The notes beneath the pieces were generated by a model. It was not told the origin of the DNA and did no database searches. It was given only the letters and a program-made list of their open reading frames with translations. This document shows, one piece after another, positions 13,871-29,241 of a DNA stretch of 64,000 nt (position 1 is the first letter of the stretch; the number at the start of each line of letters is the position of its first letter). Origin of the DNA: the human T2T-CHM13v2.0 reference genome, Homo sapiens; the NCBI RefSeq assembly GCF_009914755.1, contig NC_060926.1; one strand, written 5' to 3'. The position numbers and the translations under genes were made by a program.

Positions 13871-13949
13871 ACTGATCATACTTAGGCAATAATGTACCAA
13901 GAGAAGCTGTCTGTCAACATAAAAGAGTTCTATGTGTGGAGTTTAAAAA

Positions 13950-14068
13950 TATGATAGCTGATTGTGGTGTTCATTTCACAATGTATACGTATATCAAAAC
14001 ATCAAGTTGTACACCTTAAATACATAAGTTTTCTATTTGTCAATTATACCTCAATCAAGGTGAAAAAA
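13950..14068 (+). mobile_element. L1M 3' end fragment
   Basis: tttcacaatgtatacgtatatcaaaacatcaagttgtacaccttaaa...gtcaattatacctcaat. Confidence 0.85.
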
Positions 14069-14736
14069 TATATTAAGATATTTTAAATGATACACTTTTA
14101 ATGAGAAGAATCTAAGAAGCCACATTTTTAAAAGTATTTTAATACTTATTAAAGAACATTTAATAATCCTTAATGATAGATTAACATAGAAGTCAAAGGA
14201 AAAGGAAAAAAAAGCCAAAAAGACCTGGCAGAAGTTTTCAGTTAAGTGTCCTGGGGACGGGAAGGTTTGGTGGTGGGTAGAGTTGATGCATTGATATGTG
14301 TGCTTTAACATGTTTTATAAAACAACATCATTATTTGTATTTTGAGATTTTATCCACAAAGTTCAGAAATTGCTTTATGTTTTATTTTGAAGGGGAAAAA
14401 AACCTCAAATTTGTTAAGATTTGATTTTTTTAGCTACTGATTTTGATTACTCTTGCCTTGTGACTTTATGATGTCTTTGCTTATATGTAAACAGCCAATC
14501 TGGGTTGCGTTTGAGCAAAACCTCCTACCTACAGCCTTCCCTGCTTAGCCCAACTCTGTTCTTACATATCTAACAAAACTTTCTTTGGGAAACTTTTTCT
14601 TGAAGTTTGAAAGTATGTATACTCTAACATGAATCTAACATAAAATACAAATATGAAAATTAACGCCGATAAGAATCTTTGTATCTACACAATACGCTTT
14701 AAGAGTCTGAAAGCATGTTGTCAATATTAGTCAAAT

Positions 14737-16350
<1,614 letters not shown>

Positions 16351-17424
16351 ACTAAGAAAAGATTCACTTTGGATACTAAATACATTGAGTTTGGCTTACA
16401 AGCTTACTCATCATTTATTGTCTCCCTAAACAACAAAAGTTGACCTTTTATGAGATCTTTAATGCTTTTGTGGAACTTGTGAAATAAAAAATGCCGATTC
16501 TTTGGCCCACAGAACAATGAAGTTAGAATCTCAAATAATGGAGTTTAGGTACATGAATATCACCAAACTCTTCAAATGATTCTTATTTCTACTGATATTT
16601 GATGGCAATTGTGCTGAAGATTTAATTACACAAGTACAAGAGTCTTTATTATGGAAGTTTTGTTTGTGAGGGTTACACTTTGTAATTTTCTGTTTGGGAT
16701 CAGTTAATTAATCCCCCTTCCAGATTATAAATTCCCTTCAGGAACAAACCTACATTTAGCAATTAAAGAATACGAATATTCTCTGCACACAAGTACTCAA
16801 GAGTGATGAACAAGAGGTAAACAGCATTCCAAGCAGAGGCCAATTAGAAATATGAAACAGCTAGCTTGATTGGAGCACTGTAATCAGTTAGATCATAAGA
16901 AGTGGGATATGGACAAAATATACTATTGTAGAGATATTTAGGGCCTGGTCACTTTGTAACAAGCAAAAGCATTTAGATGATATACTGTAAATAGTACCTT
17001 TTAGAAGGGGTACTTTACTGACGGATTGGAGGCCTAAGTTCCTAAATATTCCATAGAATATTAGACAAGGGTATGAATATAGACAGGACTGAAGTATAGA
17101 AAAGAAGATAGATCATAAGAACGTTAAGGCATAAAATTAAACTAATTACATTGAAGATAAAACAAGAGGGAGTTTACTACCATGAATCCAAAGTTTTTTA
17201 AAATGACTTGGATATTGACAGATTCATTAACTAAAATTTACAAAGAAAAGAGCTAAGGCACCCAAAGACTAAGCTTAACAATGTGTGTCGTTTCACATTT
17301 GGATTCCGAAATAAGGAACTGCAACTAATGTCTCTGATCCAGCTGCTGGCCCAAAATCAGACTGATTGATTTATTATTTTTATTTTTAAAAGTACTATGC
17401 AAATTTTGGCATTTTTCTTTTGTG

Positions 17425-17845
17425 TGTAATAGTTATCCATTGCTGTGAAACAAATTCCCCTAAAACTTGGTAGCTTAAGACAATAATAAATATTTTGAAT
17501 CTCACGGAATTTCTCTGGGTTAGGAATTGAGAAGCAGCTGAGTTGAGTGGTTCTGCCTTAGAGACTCTAATGATGTTGAATTCAAAATGCTGCCTGGGGC
17601 TATAGGTTTTGGACTCGGGCTGGACAATCTTCTTCCAAAGTGGCTCATTCCCATGACCAAAAAGTTGATGCTGGTTGACGATGGGAGGATGTGATTACTT
17701 GCTATGTGAGTCTCTCCATAAGACTGCTTAATTGTCCTCACAGGATGTTTGCTGGACTCCTCTAGAATGTGTATGATCTGAGAGAGAGAACCAGGCAGAA
17801 GCTCTATCCTTCAATGGCCTAGACTCAGAAGTCACATGGAACCAA
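17425..17845. mobile_element. MLT1-type MaLR LTR (truncated)
   Basis: tgtaatagttatccattgctgtgaaacaaatt...aaaacttggtagcttaagacaa. Confidence 0.75.
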
Positions 17846-18164
17846 GTAATCCCCAGGTGTTGAGGGAAAGACCTGCTGGGCGGTGATTGAATCATGGGGG
17901 CAATTTCCCTCATGCTGTTCTCATGACAGCAAGTGAGTTCTCATGAGATCTGATGGTTTAAAAGTATGACACTTCCTTATCCCAGTCCCGCTCTCTCCTG
18001 CCACCATGTAAGACATGCCTTGTTTCCCCTCCGCCTTGTGCCATCATCATAAGTTTCCTGAGGTCACCCAGCCATTAGAAATTTTGAGTCAATTAAACCT
18101 CTTTCTTTATAAATTACCCAGTCTCAAGTATGTTTTTGTAGCAGCGTGAGAATGGACTAATACA
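17846..18164 (+). mobile_element. MST/THE1D-type LTR lacking its 5' start
   Basis: gttctcatgagatctgatggttta...ataaattacccagtctc...aatggactaataca. Confidence 0.9.
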
Positions 18165-18165
18165 A

Positions 18166-18507
18166 CAGGCATACCTCCAAGACAGTGTGAGTTCAGTTCC
18201 AGACCACAACAATAAAGCAAATACTGCAATAATGTGAGTCACACAAATTTTTTTGGTTTCCCAGTGCATACAAAAGTTATGCTCTCGTACTGTAGTCTAT
18301 TAAGAGGGGAATAGCATTATGACCAAGAAATCAACACACATACCTTAATCTAAAAATTTTCTTTAAAAAAGTCAACAAAGTGAAAAAGTGAGCCCATGCT
18401 GTTAGAAAACATGGCACTGGTAGACTTATTCCATGCAAGGTTGCCACAAACCTTCAATTTGTAAAAACTGCAATATCTGTGGAGTGCAATAAAACAAGGT
18501 ATGCCTG
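18166..18507 (-). mobile_element. Internally deleted Tigger1 (MER37-like)
   Basis: TIRs caggcatacct (18166-18176) and aggtatgcctg (18497-18507), followed by TA. Confidence 0.9.
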
Positions 18508-18799
18508 TATATAACTCAGATGACTCTAAGAATACTTATTTGAATTATAGACAAAAAGAGATGGAAGATACATGTGAAGATGCATGTAGTAATCTAAACA
18601 TAAGTGACCAGGATTTGCAGCTGATTTGGTGACAAAAAAATGAAGCAGAAAAAGATCTCTGCAAAATATTATACACAGAATCACCAAACCCTCACTCTTT
18701 TTTGAAGCCTTTCCATACTAACCTCAACTTTGTATGATTTCTTCAATGATTCCATCACATATCATGTCTTAAAGTTGAACTTTACACATTTATTTCATT

Positions 18800-19282
18800 G
18801 TGTATCTATTAGTTTTTGCTGCTGACTTAGTGACTTAAAACAAAAACAGATTTTTATTTCTTACATGTCTGTCGGTGATCTGGCAGTTCTGGTATGGAGT
18901 AACTTTGTCAAGGACTTGATGGTCTGGTTTGTACTCACTCTAATGCCTGAGGTTCTGGCCAGGATGGCTGAAGTGTTTCAGCCTGTCTTTACATGTGGAA
19001 TTTCATCCTCTCGGGTGAAAGCTAGCTTTCAGCTTCCTGAAAGCTCTCACTTGGAGCTCTCAGGGTTCCCAGCAGTGAGAGAGCATGAGTCTCAATGTAA
19101 AAAGACTTTTCAAGGCTCTACTTGAGTTATGTTTGCTAATGTCCCATTGGCCAAAGCAAGGTGCATGGACAAGCCCAGAGTCAGTTGGGGTAGAAATAAA
19201 GTCCACTACAAGAGAACCAGCAAAGTCACATTGCAAAGAGATGTACATACAGGAATGGGGGGAGTTCTAACAGTCTACCACA
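18800..19282. mobile_element. Old MLT1 LTR
   Basis: ttagtgacttaaaacaa...gtcccattggccaaagcaag...aagcccagagtca...agtctaccaca. Confidence 0.75.
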
Positions 19283-20229
19283 CCAGTGTTTCTTAATATT
19301 GTTTATTTGTGCACATTTTCTTGATGTTTGGCACTCTAGAGTTAAGGAAATGTCTGCAGCAATCAACAATGTGACAGAAACACCGTAGTCAGTGGGAATT
19401 CAAGAAATGTTCCTTGATTTGGTAACCCCCGCAAGTTTGCCTTGAGTTTTCTATTAAGATACAAATTTATTCTCTTCTGGCAGCACCCTTTAATATATGT
19501 CTCTTCTTCATCATACACCAAGCCAGCAAGAGAGATAATAATGGGCTTTCTTGGTTATTTTCCATCAAGTGATCCACACTTCTTGGATTCATTTACTACT
19601 TAAATTAATCAGTCCTCAAGTTTTCTCTCTTGTGGGTTTAATGCATAACATGTATGTCCATTTTTACTTTCTGATGGTATAATAATACTAGCAAGCACAC
19701 ACAGACACTAGTCATTTAAATGTTTTGTAGCTTATTAGTGAGATTGTACTTGGTTCCTTTAAGAATTTTCACTGTTACCTTTTTCCCTTTTGCTTCCAGC
19801 TTGTTTTGGCTAACAGAATTACCCACAGCTGCTTCAGGTTGGTCATTCTTTCTGGGAGAAAAACTATATGGAATGCTGACAAAAGGTGCTCATATTTGAC
19901 CAGGTTTCTTAGGTTAAATGAATTTGACCTGCGGGCACCTGATGTTGGGGCACCAGCCTACAGATGTGTTTGCAAGAACTGGAAAACAGCCTCTCTAATA
20001 AGGACTAGTGGGCGATGATGGAAACTTTTACTTCCATATAAGAATCTTCTTGGTGGATGTGAAAGCACAGGTTAGTAAGCCTGGAAACTGCTAGTGTTTA
20101 AATTCTCACTTGAGTAGGGTGAAAGCAAGTCTAGGATCCATTAGCCCTCATATTATCACAACATTGGGCATGTTATTCTGTCAACCAATGAGCAAGGGAT
20201 AGAACTGTTATTGTCCGGAAAGCCGCCAG

Positions 20230-20560
20230 TAATGAATTTTTGCACTTTTTAAAGAAGCACTTGGAGGAACTGAAGAATATCCAGAGAAAAGCAATTAGGG
20301 GGAAAAAAATGGATCCTGGGAGTTTGCAGAGGAGTTAAGGCTACTTAACCTAGAGGGGAAAATAAGTCTGAGAGGTTTCTACATTAATGAATTTAAATTA
20401 TAAAGAAGGTGTTGAGCTGCCACTCTCCAACTCCATATATCACTGAACTAAAGAAAAAAAATAATCTTGACTGGCAACAAGAGACATATCAGTGAAATGT
20501 AACCCCAAAATTCTTGACTCTAAGGATTGCTAAACAGTGAATGGTAGCAAATCTACTTAG
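20230..20560 (+). mobile_element. Possible L3/CR1 fragment
   Basis: aactgaagaatatccagagaaaagcaa...ttaacctagag...tctgagagg resembles the CR1 3' region. Confidence 0.4.
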
Positions 20561-20760
20561 TAAGTAATAAAGAATAAAACCACTGGGCTTTTATACCATA
20601 TAATTCAGCTTCAAGGGTGGTAGCTAGACTCTATTTCTTTATTTATTGGCCACAATTATTGAACCTCTACGATGTGTCACTGTGTGTGTCAGAAAAAAAG
20701 ACGGCATGGGCCACTTCCTCAGGCTCCTCCCCAGGCCTAGGACATCTTCTGCACCCGTGA

Positions 20761-21311
<551 letters not shown>

Positions 21312-21314
21312 TAA

Positions 21315-21602
21315 TCAAACAAAAACTTGCACATCAATGTTCACAACAGCACTATTGATGAACCAAAAGGTAGAAACAATCTACAGGTCTATCATCTGAT
21401 GAATGGAAAAACAAAATATGTTATATCAGTACAATGGAATATTATTCATCCATAAAAAAGCAATAAAGTACTGAAACATGCTACAATATGGATGATTCTT
21501 GAAAACATTATAAGTGAAAGTAACCAAACACAAAGATCATATATTGTATAGCTCAATTTGTATGAAATATCCAGAATGGGCTATAAAATAGGTGACAGAA
21601 TT
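21315..21602 (+). mobile_element. L1MB-type fragment
   Basis: aaaaacttgcacatcaatgttcacaacagc...acaatggaatattattc...cttgaaaacattat...gaaatatccagaat. Confidence 0.85.
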
Positions 21603-21910
21603 TGACAATGGATAATACGTGCTGTGTCAGCAAAAGAGGAACAAAGAATGACTTCAATTTCTTTGGTCTGAACAACGGGAAAAATTGAGTTGCCATTTGT
21701 TAAGATGAGGAAGAGTGTAAGAAGAGTAGGTTTGGGGGAAGCTGAAGAACTCAGTCTTAGAGATGTTAAGTTTGAAAGACTAGCATGCACTCAAGGGCCT
21801 ATGTAGAGTAGATAGCTGAATACACTAGTTTGATATTCAGGGGAGTGTTCCGTACTCATAGCACTGTTTAAAACTGTGAGACTTGAATGAGATCACCAGG
21901 GTGTGGTTAG
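21603..21910 (-). mobile_element. L2 internal fragment
   Basis: gagttgccattt...atgttaagtttga...gagatcaccagg. Confidence 0.75.
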
Positions 21911-21924
21911 AAATAAGAAAAACT

Positions 21925-22460
21925 TCTCTCTTTTTTTTTTTTTTGCATTATAGCCAGCCTAGTGGATATGAAGTAGTATCTCACTGTAATTTTTGATTTG
22001 CATTTTTTAATGATTTTGAGCATATTTTCATGTTTGTTGGTCATTTGTATGTCTTCTTTAGAAACATGTTTATTTAAGTCTTTGTTCATTTCTGAACTAG
22101 ATTTAAGTATTTTGTTTTTGGAAAACAAAAACTTTTTTGAATAAAAAATTATAAGACTTTTTTATTACATTCTGCATACTAGACCCTAATCAGATATATA
22201 ATTTGCAAATATTTTGTCCCATTCTCTAGATTGTCTTTTCACTTTCTTGATAATGTCCTTTGATTTATGAGATCTTCTAATTTTTATGAAATACAATTTA
22301 CCTATTTTTATTTTATTGCTTGCATTTTTGGTGTTATATATAATAATTCATTGTCAAATCTAAGGTTATGAAGGTTTACTCCTAGATTTTCCTCCAAGAG
22401 TTTTATAGTTTCTCTGATTCCTTTTGGGCTAATTTTTATGTATAGCGTAAGGTAGGAACA
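21925..22460 (-). mobile_element. L1MB-type ORF2 3' fragment
   Basis: ORF 21907-22128 (DLNKHVSKEDIQMTNKH) is ORF2-like. Confidence 0.85.
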
Positions 22461-22489
22461 AATATAATATATTTTATAAATAAGTAATT

Positions 22490-22620
22490 TGTGTTTCCCA
22501 CTAGAATGTAAGCTTCACCAGGACAAAAATGCATTTTGTTCAATCCTCTTGCAAGCCTAACCAAAAGTGAATTGTGCATAATAAAGGCACATTATTTGTG
22601 AAATAATAATGAATAAATTA
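22490..22620 (+). mobile_element. L2 3' end
   Basis: cccactagaatgtaagcttc...atgaataaat. Confidence 0.7.
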
Positions 22621-22773
22621 ATCATCCAAAGAATGTTCCAAGAGGAAAAGCAGCTAACATGATCTTGGATTAATATATTACTATTTATATTACTATTCAT
22701 CTCTAATGAACAAAGTTCAATGAATTTCATCATAGTGCTATAACGACATGCCATAAAAACAATAGCTCATTTT

Positions 22774-23109
<336 letters not shown>

Positions 23110-23119
23110 CTATGATAAG

Positions 23120-25476
23120 TGATATGGTTTGGCTGTGTCCCCACTCAAATCTCATCTTGAATTGTAATTCCCATAATTCCTACATGTCATGAGAGGGACC
23201 CTGTGGGAGGTAACTGAATCATGGAGGCAGTTACCCCCATGGTGCTATTCTCATGATAGTGAGTTCTCATGAGAACTGATGGTTTCATAAGGGGCTTTTC
23301 CCCCTATTGCTTGGCATTTCTCCTTCCTGCCAGCATTTGAAGAAGAACATGTCTGCTTCCCCTTCTGCCATGATTGTAAGTTTACTGAGGCCTCCCAAGC
23401 CATGTGGAACTGTGAGTCAATTAAACCTTTTTCCTTTATAAATTATCCAGTCTTGGCCAGTGCTTTATAGCTGCATGAGAATGGACTAATACAATAAATT
23501 GGTACTGGGTAATGGGATGCTGCTGTAAAGATACCTGAAAATGTGGAAGTGACTTTGGAACTGAGTGACAGACAGAGGTTGGAACAATTTGGAGGGCTCA
23601 GAAGAAGACAGGAAGGTGTGGGAAAGTTTGGAACTTCCTAGAGACTTGTTTAATGGCTTTGACCAAAATGCTAATAGTGATATGGGCAATGAAGTCCAGG
23701 CTCAGGTGGTCTCTGATGGAGATGAGGAACTTGTTGGGAACTGGAATAAAAGTGACTCTTGCTGTGTTTTAGCAAAGATACTGGCAGCATTTTGCCACTG
23801 CCCTAGATATCTGTGGAACTTTGAACTTGAGAGAGATGATTTAGAGTACCTGGCAGAAGAAATTTCCAAGCAGCAAGGCATTCAAGACATGACCTGGATT
23901 ATTCTGAAAGCATTCCATTTTATGTATTCACAAAGTTATGGTTTGGAATTCGAACTTATGTTTAAAAGGGAAGCAGAGCATTAAAGTTCAGAAAATTTGC
24001 AGCCTGACGATGTGATAGAAAAGAAAACCCATTTTCTGAAGAGAAATTCAAGCTGGCTGCAGAAATTTGCAAAAGTAACAAGGACCCAAATGTTAATCAC
24101 CAAGACAATAGGGAAACTGCCTCCAGGGCATGTCAGAGGTCTTCATGGCAGCCCTTCCTATCACAGGCCCAGAGGCCTAGGATAAAAAAAAAATGGCTTC
24201 ATAGGCTGGACCCAGAGTTGCTTATTGCTTTGTGCAGTCTTGGGACTTGGTGCCCTGTGTCCCAGTGGTGGCTCAAAGGGGCCAAGGTACAGCTCACACC
24301 ATGGTTTCATGGCATGCTTGGGGTGCAAGCCCCAAGCCTTGGCATCCTCCACATAGTGTTGAGCCTGTGGGTGCACAGAAGTCAAGAATTGACATTTGGG
24401 AACCTCCACCTAGATTTCAGAGGATGTATGGAAATGCCCGGATGTCTAAGCAGAAGTTTTCTGCAGGAGTGGAGACTTCATAGAAAACCTCTGCTAGGGC
24501 AGTATAGAAAGGAAATGTGGGGTCAGAGCCCCCATACAGAGTCCCTACTGGGGCACTGCCTAGTGGAGCTGTGAGAAGAGGGCCACCATCCTCTGGGCTC
24601 CAGAATGGTAGTTCCACCAACAGCTTTCACCTTCCTCCTGGAAAAGCTGCAGACACTCAATGTCAGCCCATGAAGGAAGCTGGGAGGAGGGCTGTACCCT
24701 GCAAAGCCACAGGAGCAGAGATACCCAAGGCTGTGGGAGCCCACCTCTTGTATCACTGTGACCTGGATGTGAGACATGGAGTCAAAGGAGATAATTTTGG
24801 AGCTTTAAGATTTGACTGCCCCACTGGATTTCAGACTTGTATGAGGCCTGTAGCCCTTTCATTTGGGCCAATTTCTCCCATTTGGAATAGGTGTGTTTAC
24901 CAATGCCTGCACCCCCATTGTATCTAGGAAGTAACTAACTTGCTTTTGATTGTACACGCTCATAGACAGAAGGGACTTGCCTTGTCTCAGATGAGACTTT
25001 GGACTTGAACTTTTGGTTAAAGCTGGAATGAGTTAAGACTTTGGGGGACTGTTGGGAATGCACGATTATGTTTTGAAATGTGAGGAGATGAGACTGGGGA
25101 GGGGTCAGGGGCAGAATGATGTGGTTTGGCTGTGTCCCCACCTAATTCTCATCTTGTAGTTTCCATAATCCCTACATGTCATGGGAAGGACCCAGTGGGA
25201 GGTAATTGAATCTTGGGGGTGGTTATCACTATGCTGCTGTCCTCAAGATTGTGAGTGAGTTCTCATGAGATCTGATGGTTTTATAAAGGACTTTCCCCTT
25301 TGCTCGGCACTCATTCTCTCTCCTGCCACCTTGTCAAGTGGTGCCTTCCACCATGATTGTAAGTTTCCTGAGGCCTCCTCAGCCATGTGGAACTGTGAGT
25401 CAATTAAGCCTCTTTCCTTTATAAATTACCCAGTCTTGGGCAGTCCTTTATAGCAGCATGAGAATGGACTAATACA
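23120..25476 (+). mobile_element. Full-length THE1 (C/D) MaLR: LTR 23120-23493, internal 23494-25116, LTR 25117-25476
   Basis: Both LTRs run tgat(a/g)tggtttggctgtgtcccca...ggactaataca; polypurine tract at 25096-25116; internal ORF remnant 23565-23984 (GWNNLEGSEEDRKVWESLELPRD). Confidence 0.97.
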
Positions 25477-25521
25477 GAAAGCTAAAACAGTTGAAGTTAT
25501 TTCAAGTTTCTTTTTCTTTAG

Positions 25522-25861
<340 letters not shown>

Positions 25862-27699
25862 AGTTTACTTTTAAAGAGATTTATATCAAATTACATCTTG
25901 ATTATCTTGAATTTTAAAGTTCCCTAGAAGGACCAAATGGCCAATAACTATAATTCAAATGGTTCAGAGCTATAAAGAACAAATAGGTAATTTTGAAATT
26001 TCACCCATTGTAACTTGGTCATTAACGGAGAATGTGTAAATGTGTAGCACAGATATTATGTGAGGTACTGGTGGTAAGGCGACATAATCCTCAAACTAAT
26101 GGTTTATAGTAAGGAAGAGAGACACACACAAAATATGAAGCTATGCCATTAATATTAGAAAGAGTGAAAATGCACAGTCCATTCCACAAAACACTACTAT
26201 TGGACAATCAAAAACACAGATTGTCCAAGAGATGGTGCAAGATAGTTATTTCTTCCAGCAGTTGCCCATCGTTCCCAGTGAGTCTGTTTCCTTTGGACAT
26301 TGAGGAGCTTTTCTTTCTCTGATGTCACCTCTCCTTGTCCTCCTAAATCTCCCTACACTTTATTCCCTCTTTGTTCCACCAGGGTTCTGTGTCTTCCTCC
26401 ACTACGTTTTGGCCCATGTAGTTTCTCCCGTAGCAAAATGAAGAATGGGGAGAAGACTTAAGGACTCTGGTGAAAGAGATGAAGGAAAAGTGTTCTTCCT
26501 AGTCCAGCATCCACTAAAAATAATCTATTTATAACACAAACCAAGCCCTTTACAGCTGAGATTGATTGTCTCTGTTGCATAATTCCTCTGTTATACTATC
26601 AAAATGTCTTTTCTCTGCCTTATCAAACTAAACAAAGAATAAATAAATGAAACAACTCTATTATTATCCTAGTTCTGTATAGCCCAAGACCTCAGAAATG
26701 GGGCAGATATGTGCACTTTCCTAGAAAAGTGAATTGGGGTATCAGAAAAATCTCATTTTCACAATAAAAGCAATTTTTAATACTGCTAGTGTAACTCCAA
26801 TAAATGATGTCAAGCTAAAGTTATTTAGCCTAAACCAGGGCTGACAATCTGATGGCATAGGCTGACAGAGCCATATTGGTTGGTCAGCCCATGGTGGCCC
26901 TGATTCATTAGTGACGAGACACAGAAGCTGATACACATTTTTAAAATCCTATGTGACTAACCCCAGGAGCACAGTTGTTAGAGGAGATTTTTCTAGAGTC
27001 AACAAGAAACAAAAATTGAAACCAAAACCTTACCAGATGGAACTAACTTTTAAAATTATTGCTAAAACTTTAATTTGAGTTTAATGTAGTATACCTATAA
27101 AAGATCTCATTTACCTCATTTTCTGTGGAAAACCCCAAAGCAATTTTGTTAGCACTAGGTAACTAACTCACTGAGTCAGTGAAAAACCATCTAGGTCTCT
27201 GCTTTCTTTACACAGTGGAGAAATATAATACATTTGGAAAATAAAATGGATTCCAACTCAGAGCAATAAAACTAATCCTTCTTTAATTATTGAAAGCACT
27301 ATGTATTCAAAATCCAAATGAACCTTGAAAGTAGATCAATAAAATGTAAAGAGCTCCAATTACACAAATTACTGAACTTCCATAGTGGGCAATCCTCTTT
27401 CAGAGTTAAGAAAACAAAAACAGCACACAGGTTTGAATAAAATCAGATCACTTTTAGCTAGCTATAAAGAATCTTATTACCACTTTATCTAAACCTCCTA
27501 GATAATTGTTTTATATTTAGGTTCATATAGTATATGGAAGTGACTGGTGCACACGCAAACACACACATACACAATTTTAAAACTACAAACTCAGAATTGA
27601 GGGGTGGGGGATAAGTATCTTTATTTTTAAAAAATGGGGAAAAATTAATACCTCCCCCACCCCATCTTACCAAATAATAGCAACTTTGTCTCCTCTGGT

Positions 27700-28117
27700 T
27701 ATAATCATCCATTTCCGGTAAATATGCAAACGATTCGAAGTTCAGCTCCCTTTCAAGGCACCTCTTTTCCTTCTCAAGTTGCGAGGAAAAGCTGGCCCCA
27801 GCTCATGTCATTGAGAAAGGGGCCTTTCGTCCCGGTGCCCCACTTCCCTTTCAGTTTCTCATCCTGCTAGCCTGTGGGGAGTAAGCAGCCTCTGTCCTCA
27901 CTGGCTTCAGTGCTGAAGTGGCTGCAGTTTCACTCATGGTCTGATCTCTTTTTAGAGAAGGGAATTGTGATTTATCCCAGAAAGCTTGCTCGCCTCCTGG
28001 CTGTTCAGGACCCCTCTTCTTTTCTCATTGTCATTACAAATCTTCTTTGCTTTGCCTGGCTTCTGTTTAACTCAGCAATTAACATCTTCCTTCTGCATTC
28101 CCCTACTGAAGGTACGT
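27700..28117 (+). promoter_or_regulatory. Candidate IRF/ETS promoter or enhancer with a downstream splice donor
   Basis: Local CpG cluster; cacttccctttcagtttc at 27841-27858; AAG|GTACGT at 28109-28117. Motif evidence only. Confidence 0.4.
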
Positions 28118-29241
28118 GGGAAATTTTCAAATTCCTTCCATCATACATGGAAGGAGGGAGACTCATGATAGTTTTATTTGGCCCCTCTTTGCCTAAACAT
28201 CTCATGCAGCCATTTCTGCTCTATGATGAGCAGATAGCCAAGGATACCACATTCGGACTTTCAGTTGAGCAATGTACAACACCAGGAGCACAGTTGAGAT
28301 AGGTTAGAATTTAACTAATGCTCCCTAGAGTTGTGTTGTGCTCACAGTACACAGCAACCCATCATGATAGTTTTCCTCTCAGAGTTTCTAGGAGGAAAGG
28401 AGGCACAAAACCCCACCACTTTTAGCTTCCATCTCTGTATATTGTTTTCATCTCTTCCATCTTTCTACAACCACCTTCTCGGGCCATGGCCAAAGAGAGC
28501 AACTGATATAAGGATTTGCACCACCTTTTAATGTCTTTCTTTCAACTCAGTTCTTCAAGTTTTTTTCTTTAAACGCCATAACAAAAATACTTTTCCCCTG
28601 CTACTTGGATAAGAACCTCTCTTACATTAGGACTTATAATCTTTATACATTATAATGTATAATACAACACTAAGGCATCAGGTTTTGCTCCTGCTATATA
28701 AAGGCAAACTTTTGGAATTTAGAATGACATTTTCTTTCTCAACAAAGCTTATTTTTTAAAACTCTTATTATCTTACATGACAAAATCACTTTTGCAACTT
28801 AGGCCTGAATAATGACTTCTTTGCCTTCTCTGAGTGATCCATGTGCTCCAGGGATAATGGACTCACTGGGCAAAAAGACTGATGGGGTATGAAAAATAAG
28901 GTAAATATTTTTACTTTATATACATGCATTTTTAAAATATTCATTATATGGGATTTAAACTTCTTAAGGATAATGTCCATGACAAATTTATTTTGTTATT
29001 AGCCAAAATATATATAATAGGCCTTCAATGAACATTTGAGTAAACTTGTGAATTAAATAAAGTTTGGCTTGTTTGTTTTTTAATGAAATCCAGACTCTAA
29101 CCTTAATAAAGACTGAGTACAGAAGTTGCTTCTTGGTTAAATGGTGTGACCCTTAATGTGTATGCCAATAAGAAATGTATTTGGATGAGAAAGGCTAGAG
29201 AAAGAAATTTCATGTGAAATCCAAAAGAAGAGAAGACACTC

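Noticed and set aside
16460-16600. MER5-like fragment (also hAT-like scraps near 60-115, 34770-34815 and 57740-57960)
   Set aside because: Too degenerate to call without an HMM search.
19775-19845. Possible 38-nt plus-strand exon (19800-19837)
   Set aside because: Good acceptor but modest donor (GTTGGT), not frame-preserving, no other support.
23565-24927. Cluster of 110-140 aa ORFs
   Set aside because: THE1 internal region, broken by stops and frameshifts.
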